A stretch of DNA of 64,000 nucleotides from an uncultured Planctomycetia bacterium (lineage in GTDB: Bacteria > Omnitrophota > Gorgyraeia > Duberdicusellales > 4484-171). Positions within the stretch are counted from its first letter, which is position 1; every line of letters begins with the position of its first letter. The position numbers and the translations under genes are program-made. The notes beneath the pieces were generated by a model. It was not told the origin of the DNA and did not search any database. It was given only the letters and a program-made list of their open reading frames with translations. Location of the stretch: the NCBI GenBank assembly GCA_964629655.1, contig CAZVQU010000001.1:548056-612055 (forward strand), in the 5' to 3' direction. Below are positions 22,333 through 30,556 of the stretch, piece after piece.

Positions 22333-22530
22333 ATGCTCTCAGCAAACATTAAAAAACTAAGAAAAAGACACCACTTGTCTCAAGAACAACTCGCCCAAAA
22401 GGCAGGAATTACCTACAGCACTCTTATCAAGATAGAATCCGGGTCAAACAAAAACCCAACCCTGGAGACCTTAACAAAACTGGCTACTGTATTTAAAATC
22501 AAGATAGATGAGTTGGTGAAAAAGTTATAA
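22333..22530 (+). CDS. XRE-family HTH transcriptional regulator
   Basis: NIKKLRKRHHLSQEQLAQKAGITYSTLIKIESG..NPTLETL; AGGAG RBS before ATG 22333. Confidence 0.9.
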   Translation: MLSANIKKLRKRHHLSQEQLAQKAGITYSTLIKIESGSNKNPTLETLTKLATVFKIKIDELVKKL

Positions 22531-22559
22531 AAGGTCACTCTGCATTTCTTGAGAGAGCA

Positions 22560-23195
22560 ATGAAAAGGATAAGTTCAGAAAGGGAGTTGTTAAGTAAGTG
22601 TTTGTCGAATGACAAGCATGCATGGGATGAATTTGTCCAGCGTTATACTAAATTAATTTTTAGCTTAATATATCGAACCCTTGAGTTCAAAGGGTATCGG
22701 ATAGAAAAGGATCTTGTGAGCGATCTTCACCAAGATGTTTTTTTGTCCGTCCTAAAGGATGATTATGCGAAATTAAGAAGATTCAAATGGAAGAATGGAT
22801 GTTCTCTGGCTACGTGGATTGGTGTCATAACAAGAAATTTAGTCTTAAATTTCATTAGAAGCAATTCAAAACAAAAGTATCTAACAAAATCTCTCGATGA
22901 ATCTTTTGGCAATGAAAACGAAAAACAGGCAACGCTTTTAGATGTAATCAAAAACCCCGCCCCAAACGCTAAAGAGGTAATGAATGAATCTGAAATGATT
23001 GATTTGCTCAATGCTTCTATAGAAAAACTTGAGATTACAGAAAGAGTAATCCTCGATTTATTCTATGCTCAAACCTTACCGCTTGAAGAAATAGGGAGAG
23101 TTTTAAACAAATCTGAAGATGCTGTATTTATGCAGAAAAAGAGAGTTCTTGCAAAATTACAAGAAATAATGAAAAAAGGCGTTGGTTTTAGATAA
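22560..23195 (+). CDS. ECF-type RNA polymerase sigma factor
   Basis: Region 2 (AWDEFVQRY, DLHQDVF, SLATWIGVITRNLVLNFIR) and region 4 (ERVILDLFY...LEEIGRVL); 211 aa. Confidence 0.9.
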   Translation: MKRISSERELLSKCLSNDKHAWDEFVQRYTKLIFSLIYRTLEFKGYRIEKDLVSDLHQDVFLSVLKDDYAKLRRFKWKNGCSLATWIGVITRNLVLNFIRSNSKQKYLTKSLDESFGNENEKQATLLDVIKNPAPNAKEVMNESEMIDLLNASIEKLEITERVILDLFYAQTLPLEEIGRVLNKSEDAVFMQKKRVLAKLQEIMKKGVGFR

Positions 23196-23210
23196 TTTAG
23201 CTGTCTATTG
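23181..23210 (+). promoter_or_regulatory. Putative ECF promoter, copy 1
   Basis: GTTGGTTTT-N12-TGTCTATTG overlapping the sigma gene stop; the same motif recurs at 29770. Confidence 0.6.
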
Positions 23211-23226
23211 ATTACGGGGTGATAAT

Positions 23227-23952
23227 ATGAAAAATAAATTTGAATCTATTCTGAAAAAAGTTCTTAATGCTGTGAAAAAACGAAAAAATAGCAATACTGG
23301 AAAAAGGTGCTTAACTGACGAAGATTTAACCGTCATTGTTGAGGGAAAAACTTCAGAGGTTGAACGGGATAAGGTATTTAGCCATATCCTATCTTGCCAA
23401 AATTGCGCTTTGTTACTGAAAGAGCATTTATTAATCATGGGTGATTTAGATAAAAAAGGCATGCTAGAGACTCCTCAAGAATTAATTCAAGCCGCGATGG
23501 ATCTAGTCGGTCCAGGTATAGCATCTAATATGTTAGAAGTTGTTTTAAATCTTAAGGAGAAGGTAATAGAATTAGTAAAAGCCACGGGTGATGTTCTAAT
23601 CGGGCCGGAATTAATCCCTGTGCCGGTTTTGAGAAGCCAAGGGAAAGACGACAAATTCGAGAACAAGGTGAAAATTGTCAAAGCTTTTGATAATGTTTTG
23701 ATAGAAGTAGTTGTAGAGAGAAAAAAGCCAAATATCTGTGATATCGAGTTAAGATTAACGGAAAAGGATTTGAAGAGAAAGGCAGAAGGTTTACGAGTTA
23801 CGTTAATGAAAGACAATAAAGAAATAGAGTCATCTTTGATAGATGAAGGTAAAATTATCTTTAGGGAAATTAAACCAGATAGATATAAAATTTCTATCAT
23901 GAAAGAGGGGAAACAACTAGGCGCAGTCGATATTTCGATGAATTTAACTTGA
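23227..23952 (+). CDS. Soluble zinc-binding anti-sigma-like protein (zf-HC2) with a C-terminal beta-rich domain
   Basis: C28...H53xxxC57xxC60 ZAS motif; directly after the ECF sigma gene; no TM segment. Confidence 0.8.
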   Translation: MKNKFESILKKVLNAVKKRKNSNTGKRCLTDEDLTVIVEGKTSEVERDKVFSHILSCQNCALLLKEHLLIMGDLDKKGMLETPQELIQAAMDLVGPGIASNMLEVVLNLKEKVIELVKATGDVLIGPELIPVPVLRSQGKDDKFENKVKIVKAFDNVLIEVVVERKKPNICDIELRLTEKDLKRKAEGLRVTLMKDNKEIESSLIDEGKIIFREIKPDRYKISIMKEGKQLGAVDISMNLT

Positions 23953-23964
23953 TAAGCCGCTATT

Positions 23965-26900
23965 ATGGTTACTTTAGTCGTTGAAATTAGCAAAGAAGGT
24001 GACCGTCTGAAAATGGGTGCTTTTGAAAGGTCAAAAGGCCTAGATGTAACTTTAAAACACTATAACGATTGTTACGTCTCAGATGAAAAAATTGAAAATC
24101 TTTGTGGAGAGATAACCTACCTTTTTAATAAGGCAAATCGACAAGGAAAAGTAGGCGAAAACTTTGCTAGTGATTTAAAGAAGATTTGCCGAACCCTTTT
24201 CGACCAACTACTTACCTTTGAAGTCAAGAAAGCAATAAAGAACACTGAGGCAAAGTTCTTACTGATCTCTATTGATGAAAAATTAGTTCAGATTCCTTGG
24301 GAGCTTCTTCATGATGGAGATGAGTTTTTATGTATCCGTTTTGCAATGGGTAGAAGCGTAAAGACTAAGCAAAAGAATTATGGAAGTCGCTACCGTAGCG
24401 TGAGCAGTCCCACAAAAATGTTGATTGTTGCAAATCCGACAGGAGATTTGAATTCTGCTTACGAAGAAGGTATATATATCCGCAATGAATTAGATAAAAG
24501 AAAAGGTAAGGTAAGAGTATTTTCAAAGACAGAAGATGTAAGTATTGACTTTGTAAGAAAGAATATCAGAGATTACGATATCTTTCATTTTGCTGGCCAT
24601 GCGGAATATAATTCAATAAATCCTTCTGAAAGTGGCTGGATTTTAAAAGATGGTAAATTTACTGCTAAGGAAATCGTAGAACTCGGAGCAACATCCCCTT
24701 TACCCTCAATAATTTTTTCTAATGCTTGTCAATCTGGCAAGACAACCGAGTGGAAAGTAGGTAAAGAATTCGAAGATGAAATATACGGGTTAGCTAATGC
24801 TTTTCTTCTAGCAGGGATTCGTCATTATATAGGCACATTTTGGAGAGTTTTGGACGAACCGTGTTTGTGCTTTGCTAACGAATTTTATAAGAATGTTACC
24901 GATGGCTTACCAATTGGAGAAGCTATACGATTATCTAGAATACAACTTATTAATAAGTATGGATATTCTTCAATTGTCTGGTCAAGCTATATGCTTTATG
25001 GAGATCCCGCAATCAATCTGTTCTTTGTCTCGACAGTCAAAAAACCATTAAAAGAGAGAATTTTTCAAAGGCAGATCATAATTTTGTCTATAATATTGGG
25101 TTCAATTATTGGGACAGGCTTATCAGGGTTTCTTCTCTATCGAAACTATTTCTCACGGCCAATTGCTCAAGAAAGCCCCGCGTGGGCACATAGAAACATT
25201 GTTTTGATTATGCCTTTCGAAAACTTGAACAGGGATAAAGAAACTGATTGGATGGGTCTAGGGATTGCTAATGTCGTGGCTACAAAATTAAACAAATTAG
25301 ACAAAATAAATGTAGTCGATAGGTTTCAGGCTGAGCTAATATGGAAAGAAATTAAAAAGGCCGACTACGTTGATAAAGAAAGCGCTTTGAAGATAGCTAA
25401 GATTTTAGGTGCAGACCGGATTATTCTTGGATCGTTTCAGAAAATTGATGATGATATACGAATATCAGCTCAGCTGTTCAATGTTAAAGACGATTCCTTG
25501 ATTGGGTCAGTTGATGCCAGTGATTCATATAGCAATTTCTTTTCTTTGGAAGATACCGTGGCTTTAAGCATAGGGGATAAATTGAATATTAAAATAAGTA
25601 AGCGGGAAAGATCTGAGTTGAGCAAGTTTTTGCCTACAGAAAACATTAGTGCATTTGAATTCTTAACCAAATCTATCTCGGCGTTTACTGAGAGAGATAT
25701 AAATAAAGCAGTAGATTTCTGCAAAAAAGCTCTAGAATTAGACCCTAATTATATTCAAGCAAATACAAATATGGGGTTATTGTATGATTCATTAGGCAAT
25801 TTAGACCTGGCTAAAGTTTATTACGAGGAAGCATTAGAATTAACCAAGAAGAGCGAAGATAAAAATTTATTTGTAACGGCCTATTTTAATTTAGGTAAAC
25901 TTCTTGGACGAACAGGTCAATGGAAGGAAGGAATGGAGCTTCAAAGAAAGGCACTAAAAATTGCAGGAAATCTAAGTAATCAGCAAGTTTATGCTTCGAT
26001 TTTGTACAATATAGGACTATCTTATATTGCAAATAACGAGTTTAATGAGGCTAAAAAGTCATTATTTGAAAGCAAAGCTATTTACGAGACATTGAATAAT
26101 CAATTTGGTTTGGCAGCTATTCATCTGGGATTAGGAATCTACTACTCTTACAACCAAGAAGCAGATTTTGATAAGGCTGAGAAGTATTATGATGAAGCAA
26201 TAAGGATTTCCGAGAATCTAAACTCTAAAGAAGGACTTGCTAAAATTTATTCTATTTTGGGTGGACATTATCATACAAGAGGAGAGTGGGAGAAAGGCAG
26301 TATTTACTTTGTTAAATCTTTGAAGGTGAGTCAAGAAATTAATGACAGTTGGTCAGAGAATCTAGCCTATTGTGGTCTTGCTAAGAGCTATGAAGAAAAA
26401 GGAGAGTTTGGTAATGCTCTAGAATATTACAAAAAAAGTCTAAAACTGACCGAAGAGGCAGGTAATCGCACGGGACACAAAAATACTCTATATTCGATAA
26501 GTTCGTTATATTTAAGACAATTGCGTAATGATATGGGATTAAAGTATTTGAATATGTTAGTTGAAGAGGCAAAAAAAGATAAAGATGAACGTAACCAGAT
26601 ATTAGGGTTACGGTGGATAGCTAGTACTTATTATTCAATGGGAAGATACGAGAAAGCTATGGAAGGATATAATAAAGCTTTAACTTTTAATGAGGCGCTC
26701 AATAGCGACAGAAATAGTTTAATGCAGATATATCTTGGTTTAGGAAAATGTGTTGGTCAATTAGGTAATAATACCGAAAGCGAAAAGTATTTTGAATTAG
26801 CTAAAAAAGAAGTACTTGGTGTGAAGGAATATATTACACTGGGATATATTTATCAACAAATTGGAACATTTTATGAGAATAAAGGCAGAATGGATAGAGC

Positions 26901-29694
26901 GATACGAAATTACATGAAAGCAAGCGAAAGTTTAACCAAGGACAAGCTAAATAACTATTCTAAGTTTCAATTAGTGGGTATATATTTTGGGTTAGCCGAA
27001 TGTTATAAAAAGCAGAATAATAAAGCTAAAGCCTTTCAGTATTACAAAAAAGCCTTGCCTTTTGCCGAAGAAACCAGTAGCCCAATCATTAATACCATTA
27101 AAAGTAATTTATATTTTATCGATAAGGGGAAAGAGGAGCAAGCCGATGAGATAAAAAACATTGAAGCAAAAAAATTATATATCCAGGCTAGAAATAATTT
27201 TTTCAATGGTGAGCACGATAAAGCCTTGGTGGCGATTAAAAAAGCTTACAAGAAAGAGCCATTCAGTAGCAATATCGTTAGTTTGATTTGTTTAACTTAT
27301 GAGGATATGGGTCGATATGATGAGGCTACTGATATTCATTTAAAATATATAAAATTGTTAGACAAAAAAGAAGACATTTCTGAAATTATTGCCCAATATT
27401 CTTGGATAGGGGGAAATTATCGTAAGATTGGGAAATTAGATAAAGCAAAAACCTATTATGATAAAGCTCTAGGATTAGCCAAGAATGCTGGGAGCAAAGA
27501 AGATATAGGTTTAGTTTATGCTGATTATGGTATGGTGATGGAGGCCTTGGGACAAGATGAAAGAGCTATAGAGTTTGCGAATAAAGCGATTGAATTTTAC
27601 AAGGGGGCTTCAAAAGTAAATTATTTAACTAATGCATATCACGTATTGAGCCTTGTTTATTCGAAACAAGGAGATACGAATAAAGCTTTAGAGTATGCTC
27701 ACTTAAATCTTAAAATTAAAGAAGAGTCAGGTAGCGGGGACATGGAAAGAAGTTACATAAATTTAGGGTCACTCTATAAAGATATAGATATCGTCAAGTC
27801 TTTGGAATACTTAAATAAAGCTATAAGTTCTCTTGAGAAGAAAGGGCAGCTATCTCTTTTAGGCAATGCGTACCATGAGACTGGCTCAGTATATGAAGGA
27901 ATGAAACAAAGTAATAAAGCTTTGGAGTTTTACAATAAAAGTCTTGCGCTTTCTGATAAGTTGAATGATGCATGGACGACATATGCGAACTATCTGGCGT
28001 TAGAGCATCTATACTTTAAGACAAAAGAATATAAACTTTCAGAAGAATTTAGAGAAAAACTTATAAATCTAGCTAAAGAATTAGGACGAGAGATAGACTT
28101 AGGCATAATTTACGGGGCTATTGGGGATAGGTATATTGATGAAGATTTTGACAAAGGAGAAAAGTACTTTTTAATGAGTATAGAGATTTTAGAAGGATAC
28201 AAGAACAACGAATATAAAAATAAGGAGATTTTGAAAACACTAGCTATTGATTATGATACTTTGGGCATGTTATTTGGCAAAAGGAAAAATTGGGATAAAG
28301 CAATAATGAATTTTCAAAAAGCTATTGATATTGCAGAGTCACACAATGTTTTAGATAAATCTTTGCTTGGAAATACGTATTATTGGTTCGGTGTTTGCTA
28401 TCATTATAAGAATGATTTTAAAAAGGCGTTAGAATATTACAGAAAAGCTAGACCCGCTCTTTTAGCAGCCGAAGAAGGTAGAAGCCTTATAAAGAAACTA
28501 GATAATCAAATAAACATATTAGAGACTTATCTTTCTCTTGCAGGGGAAGTTCAAGATTTTGATGGAATTTTAAAAGCAGCTGAGGATTATCATAGAGAAG
28601 ATAAGTGGGAATTAGCACTTGAAAATTACAAAAAGGCATTAGCGATTGCTGTAACGCTTAAAGATGGTGCATTAAAGGATTCAGTCAACAAAAAAATAGA
28701 GTGGATACATAAGCAGATAAACAGAATAGAGACCTATTTTAAAGAAGTGGAAGTATCCAAAAAAGCGAAACCAGCAGGCTACCTAGAAAGCAAGGCCATT
28801 CTATATATGAGACAAGGCAAATATAATGTGGCGTTAGATAATTTCAAAAAAGCTTTAAAAATCTATGAGAGTGTGGATTATAAAGAGCAGATGAATCTTA
28901 GCAAAATGCGGATAGGATTTGTTTATCTAACCAAAAATGATTTTAAAAATGCCGAAAAACTATTCAAGGAAAGCATGAATACATTTAAAGATTTGGAAGA
29001 TAAAGAATATATTGGCTTGGTTCATGGAGCATTTGGTATTTTATTTGAGAAAAAAGGGAAATATAATCAATCTGAAAAAGAATACCATATAGCGATAGAT
29101 TTGCTTAAAGAAAGTGAGTCGTCAAAAACATACGATGTAGCATATTATAACTGTTTGGGATCCGTATATTATAAAAAGCAAAATTATAATAAATCCTTGG
29201 AAAGCTACCAAATGGCTCTTGAATTAGGGAAAGAGATAGAGGATCCAAACTCGATTAGTTTAACCTATGCTATGATGGCATATGTAAGCTTTTTGAATGG
29301 CTCTTTTGAAAAAGCTAATAATTTTGCTGATAATTCCTTAGTTGTAGCGGAAAGACTAGATGACATGGAACTTATTTGTATTGCTAGTTTAGTGAAAGGA
29401 AAAGCTTTCATGAGGCAAAGTGATTATGAGATGGCCACCCAGTTTTTTGATAAAGCTATTAATAGTGCTAATTCTTGCAATAAAAATAAATTAAAGTTGG
29501 TTTCGTATTCGAATATGGCTTTACTTGCCAAAAAAGAGAAGGACGGAAATTCATATAAGAAATTACTTAGTTTTATTAAGGAAATGGGTAGTTTTGATTG
29601 TATCAAGGGTGACGAAATACTAGATAACAGGTTGGAGATACTATTTAAGGAAATAATTGAAGAAAAGGACTTTTTTAAGCGAATTTGGTTATGA
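23965..29694 (+). CDS. CHAT (caspase-like) protease - TM - TolB_N-like - TPR-array protein
   Basis: IPWELL, FHFAGH212, FSNAC255QSG, YMLYGDP (CHAT); hydrophobic helix about aa 371-392; VLIMPFENL...DWMG.GI TolB_N-like motif; more than 1300 aa of TPR repeats. Confidence 0.88.
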   Translation: MVTLVVEISKEGDRLKMGAFERSKGLDVTLKHYNDCYVSDEKIENLCGEITYLFNKANRQGKVGENFASDLKKICRTLFDQLLTFEVKKAIKNTEAKFLLISIDEKLVQIPWELLHDGDEFLCIRFAMGRSVKTKQKNYGSRYRSVSSPTKMLIVANPTGDLNSAYEEGIYIRNELDKRKGKVRVFSKTEDVSIDFVRKNIRDYDIFHFAGHAEYNSINPSESGWILKDGKFTAKEIVELGATSPLPSIIFSNACQSGKTTEWKVGKEFEDEIYGLANAFLLAGIRHYIGTFWRVLDEPCLCFANEFYKNVTDGLPIGEAIRLSRIQLINKYGYSSIVWSSYMLYGDPAINLFFVSTVKKPLKERIFQRQIIILSIILGSIIGTGLSGFLLYRNYFSRPIAQESPAWAHRNIVLIMPFENLNRDKETDWMGLGIANVVATKLNKLDKINVVDRFQAELIWKEIKKADYVDKESALKIAKILGADRIILGSFQKIDDDIRISAQLFNVKDDSLIGSVDASDSYSNFFSLEDTVALSIGDKLNIKISKRERSELSKFLPTENISAFEFLTKSISAFTERDINKAVDFCKKALELDPNYIQANTNMGLLYDSLGNLDLAKVYYEEALELTKKSEDKNLFVTAYFNLGKLLGRTGQWKEGMELQRKALKIAGNLSNQQVYASILYNIGLSYIANNEFNEAKKSLFESKAIYETLNNQFGLAAIHLGLGIYYSYNQEADFDKAEKYYDEAIRISENLNSKEGLAKIYSILGGHYHTRGEWEKGSIYFVKSLKVSQEINDSWSENLAYCGLAKSYEEKGEFGNALEYYKKSLKLTEEAGNRTGHKNTLYSISSLYLRQLRNDMGLKYLNMLVEEAKKDKDERNQILGLRWIASTYYSMGRYEKAMEGYNKALTFNEALNSDRNSLMQIYLGLGKCVGQLGNNTESEKYFELAKKEVLGVKEYITLGYIYQQIGTFYENKGRMDRAIRNYMKASESLTKDKLNNYSKFQLVGIYFGLAECYKKQNNKAKAFQYYKKALPFAEETSSPIINTIKSNLYFIDKGKEEQADEIKNIEAKKLYIQARNNFFNGEHDKALVAIKKAYKKEPFSSNIVSLICLTYEDMGRYDEATDIHLKYIKLLDKKEDISEIIAQYSWIGGNYRKIGKLDKAKTYYDKALGLAKNAGSKEDIGLVYADYGMVMEALGQDERAIEFANKAIEFYKGASKVNYLTNAYHVLSLVYSKQGDTNKALEYAHLNLKIKEESGSGDMERSYINLGSLYKDIDIVKSLEYLNKAISSLEKKGQLSLLGNAYHETGSVYEGMKQSNKALEFYNKSLALSDKLNDAWTTYANYLALEHLYFKTKEYKLSEEFREKLINLAKELGREIDLGIIYGAIGDRYIDEDFDKGEKYFLMSIEILEGYKNNEYKNKEILKTLAIDYDTLGMLFGKRKNWDKAIMNFQKAIDIAESHNVLDKSLLGNTYYWFGVCYHYKNDFKKALEYYRKARPALLAAEEGRSLIKKLDNQINILETYLSLAGEVQDFDGILKAAEDYHREDKWELALENYKKALAIAVTLKDGALKDSVNKKIEWIHKQINRIETYFKEVEVSKKAKPAGYLESKAILYMRQGKYNVALDNFKKALKIYESVDYKEQMNLSKMRIGFVYLTKNDFKNAEKLFKESMNTFKDLEDKEYIGLVHGAFGILFEKKGKYNQSEKEYHIAIDLLKESESSKTYDVAYYNCLGSVYYKKQNYNKSLESYQMALELGKEIEDPNSISLTYAMMAYVSFLNGSFEKANNFADNSLVVAERLDDMELICIASLVKGKAFMRQSDYEMATQFFDKAINSANSCNKNKLKLVSYSNMALLAKKEKDGNSYKKLLSFIKEMGSFDCIKGDEILDNRLEILFKEIIEEKDFFKRIWL

Positions 29695-29736
29695 TAATTT
29701 GATATAAATCATTTTTGTACAAGGAGTTAGGTACTT

Positions 29737-29769
29737 ATAGGGCACATACTAAATGTGCCCTATTTTTTT
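29737..29769 (+). terminator. Intrinsic terminator after the CHAT-TPR gene
   Basis: ATAGGGCACAT-ACTAA-ATGTGCCCTAT followed by TTTTTT. Confidence 0.8.
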
Positions 29770-29799
29770 GTTGGTTTTGCGATCTTGTGTTGTCTATTG
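29770..29799 (+). promoter_or_regulatory. Putative ECF promoter, copy 2
   Basis: GTTGGTTTT-N12-TGTCTATTG, then AAGGAGGTGA RBS and ATG at 29821. Confidence 0.6.
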
Positions 29800-29820
29800 T
29801 TAGTGAAGGAGGTGATAAGA

Positions 29821-29988
29821 ATGAAAAAGCTAATGTTTTCAATAGCAATTTTGATTGGGTGCATGAGTGTAGTTAATAATGCTTTTGCTAGAGTAGACCG
29901 CGATACCAATAGGTATATTTGTAATAGATGGGAAAGCTCACAAGAAGCTAGTGGTTTAAGTGATTTGTTAAAAGGAGGTTTAAGATGA
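29821..29988 (+). CDS. Small secreted protein 1 (55 aa)
   Basis: Strong RBS; signal peptide MKKLMFSIAILIGCMSVVNNAFA. Start corrected from 29755. Confidence 0.7.
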   Translation: MKKLMFSIAILIGCMSVVNNAFARVDRDTNRYICNRWESSQEASGLSDLLKGGLR

Positions 29989-30137
29989 GAAGAGTAGTTA
30001 TTAGCTTGATGGTTGCTTTGGTGATTATGGGAAGTTCAGTATTAGCCTATGCACACTCAGGAAGGACAAGGACTGACAGTTGGGGGCGAACGGGACACAC
30101 CAACAGGTCAACAGGAGTATGGGAGACACATTATTAA
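29985..30137 (+). CDS. Small secreted protein 2 (50 aa), YHYH-like
   Basis: Not in the ORF track. AAAGGAGGT RBS, ATGA overlap; MRRVVISLMVALVIMGSSVLAYA-HSGRTRTDSWGRTGHTNRSTGVWETHY. Confidence 0.75.
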   Translation: MRRVVISLMVALVIMGSSVLAYAHSGRTRTDSWGRTGHTNRSTGVWETHY

Positions 30138-30180
30138 TACTTTTATGGATAATTCTAAAGAGTTAAAGAGGAGGTACAAA

Positions 30181-30372
30181 ATGAAAAAATTTATAATTTC
30201 CTTAATAGCAATAGGCATAATTTTTAGTTCAGCTGGTAATGCATTCGCACGGATTAAGTATATTAACGGCTATTACAGAAGTAGTGGAACCTACGTTAAT
30301 GGACATTACAGAGATGTATCTAACGACGGGAATCCTTACAATAACGCAAATTATCTTGGCTATAATTGGTAA
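30181..30372 (+). CDS. Small secreted protein 3 (63 aa) with a GYYRxxGTYVxxHYR motif
   Basis: GAGGAGGT RBS; signal peptide ending NAFA; RIKYINGYYRSSGTYVNGHYRD...NPYNN. Start corrected from 30049. Confidence 0.8.
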   Translation: MKKFIISLIAIGIIFSSAGNAFARIKYINGYYRSSGTYVNGHYRDVSNDGNPYNNANYLGYNW

Positions 30373-30383
30373 TATATAAATAT

Positions 30384-30419
30384 AATAAAAGGGTGCCATC
30401 AAGGGCACCCTTTTATTTA
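30384..30419 (+). terminator. Intrinsic terminator closing the small-protein operon
   Basis: ATAAAAGGGTGCC-ATCAAG-GGCACCCTTTTAT followed by further Ts. Confidence 0.8.
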
Positions 30420-30556
30420 TAGGGCTTAAGAGACTAAATTCGAAAGAAGGCAAGTAAGACGCAGATCTTTAATATGTGTAGTAATGGGGATCGTGGACTA
30501 CAAAAAAGTAAAATCTTCGCAAGAAAGAGCGGAGTTTTTGTATTTTTAGAAGGATT

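Noticed and set aside
23965-29694. CHAT-TPR protein as a CRISPR type III-E Csx29
   Set aside because: Domain order is reversed, it has a TM helix, and no Cas7-11 or array is in the window.
29755-30180. ORF-track starts at 29755 and 30049
   Set aside because: They run through a terminator/promoter or another gene's frame. Strong RBSs support 29821, 29985 and 30181.
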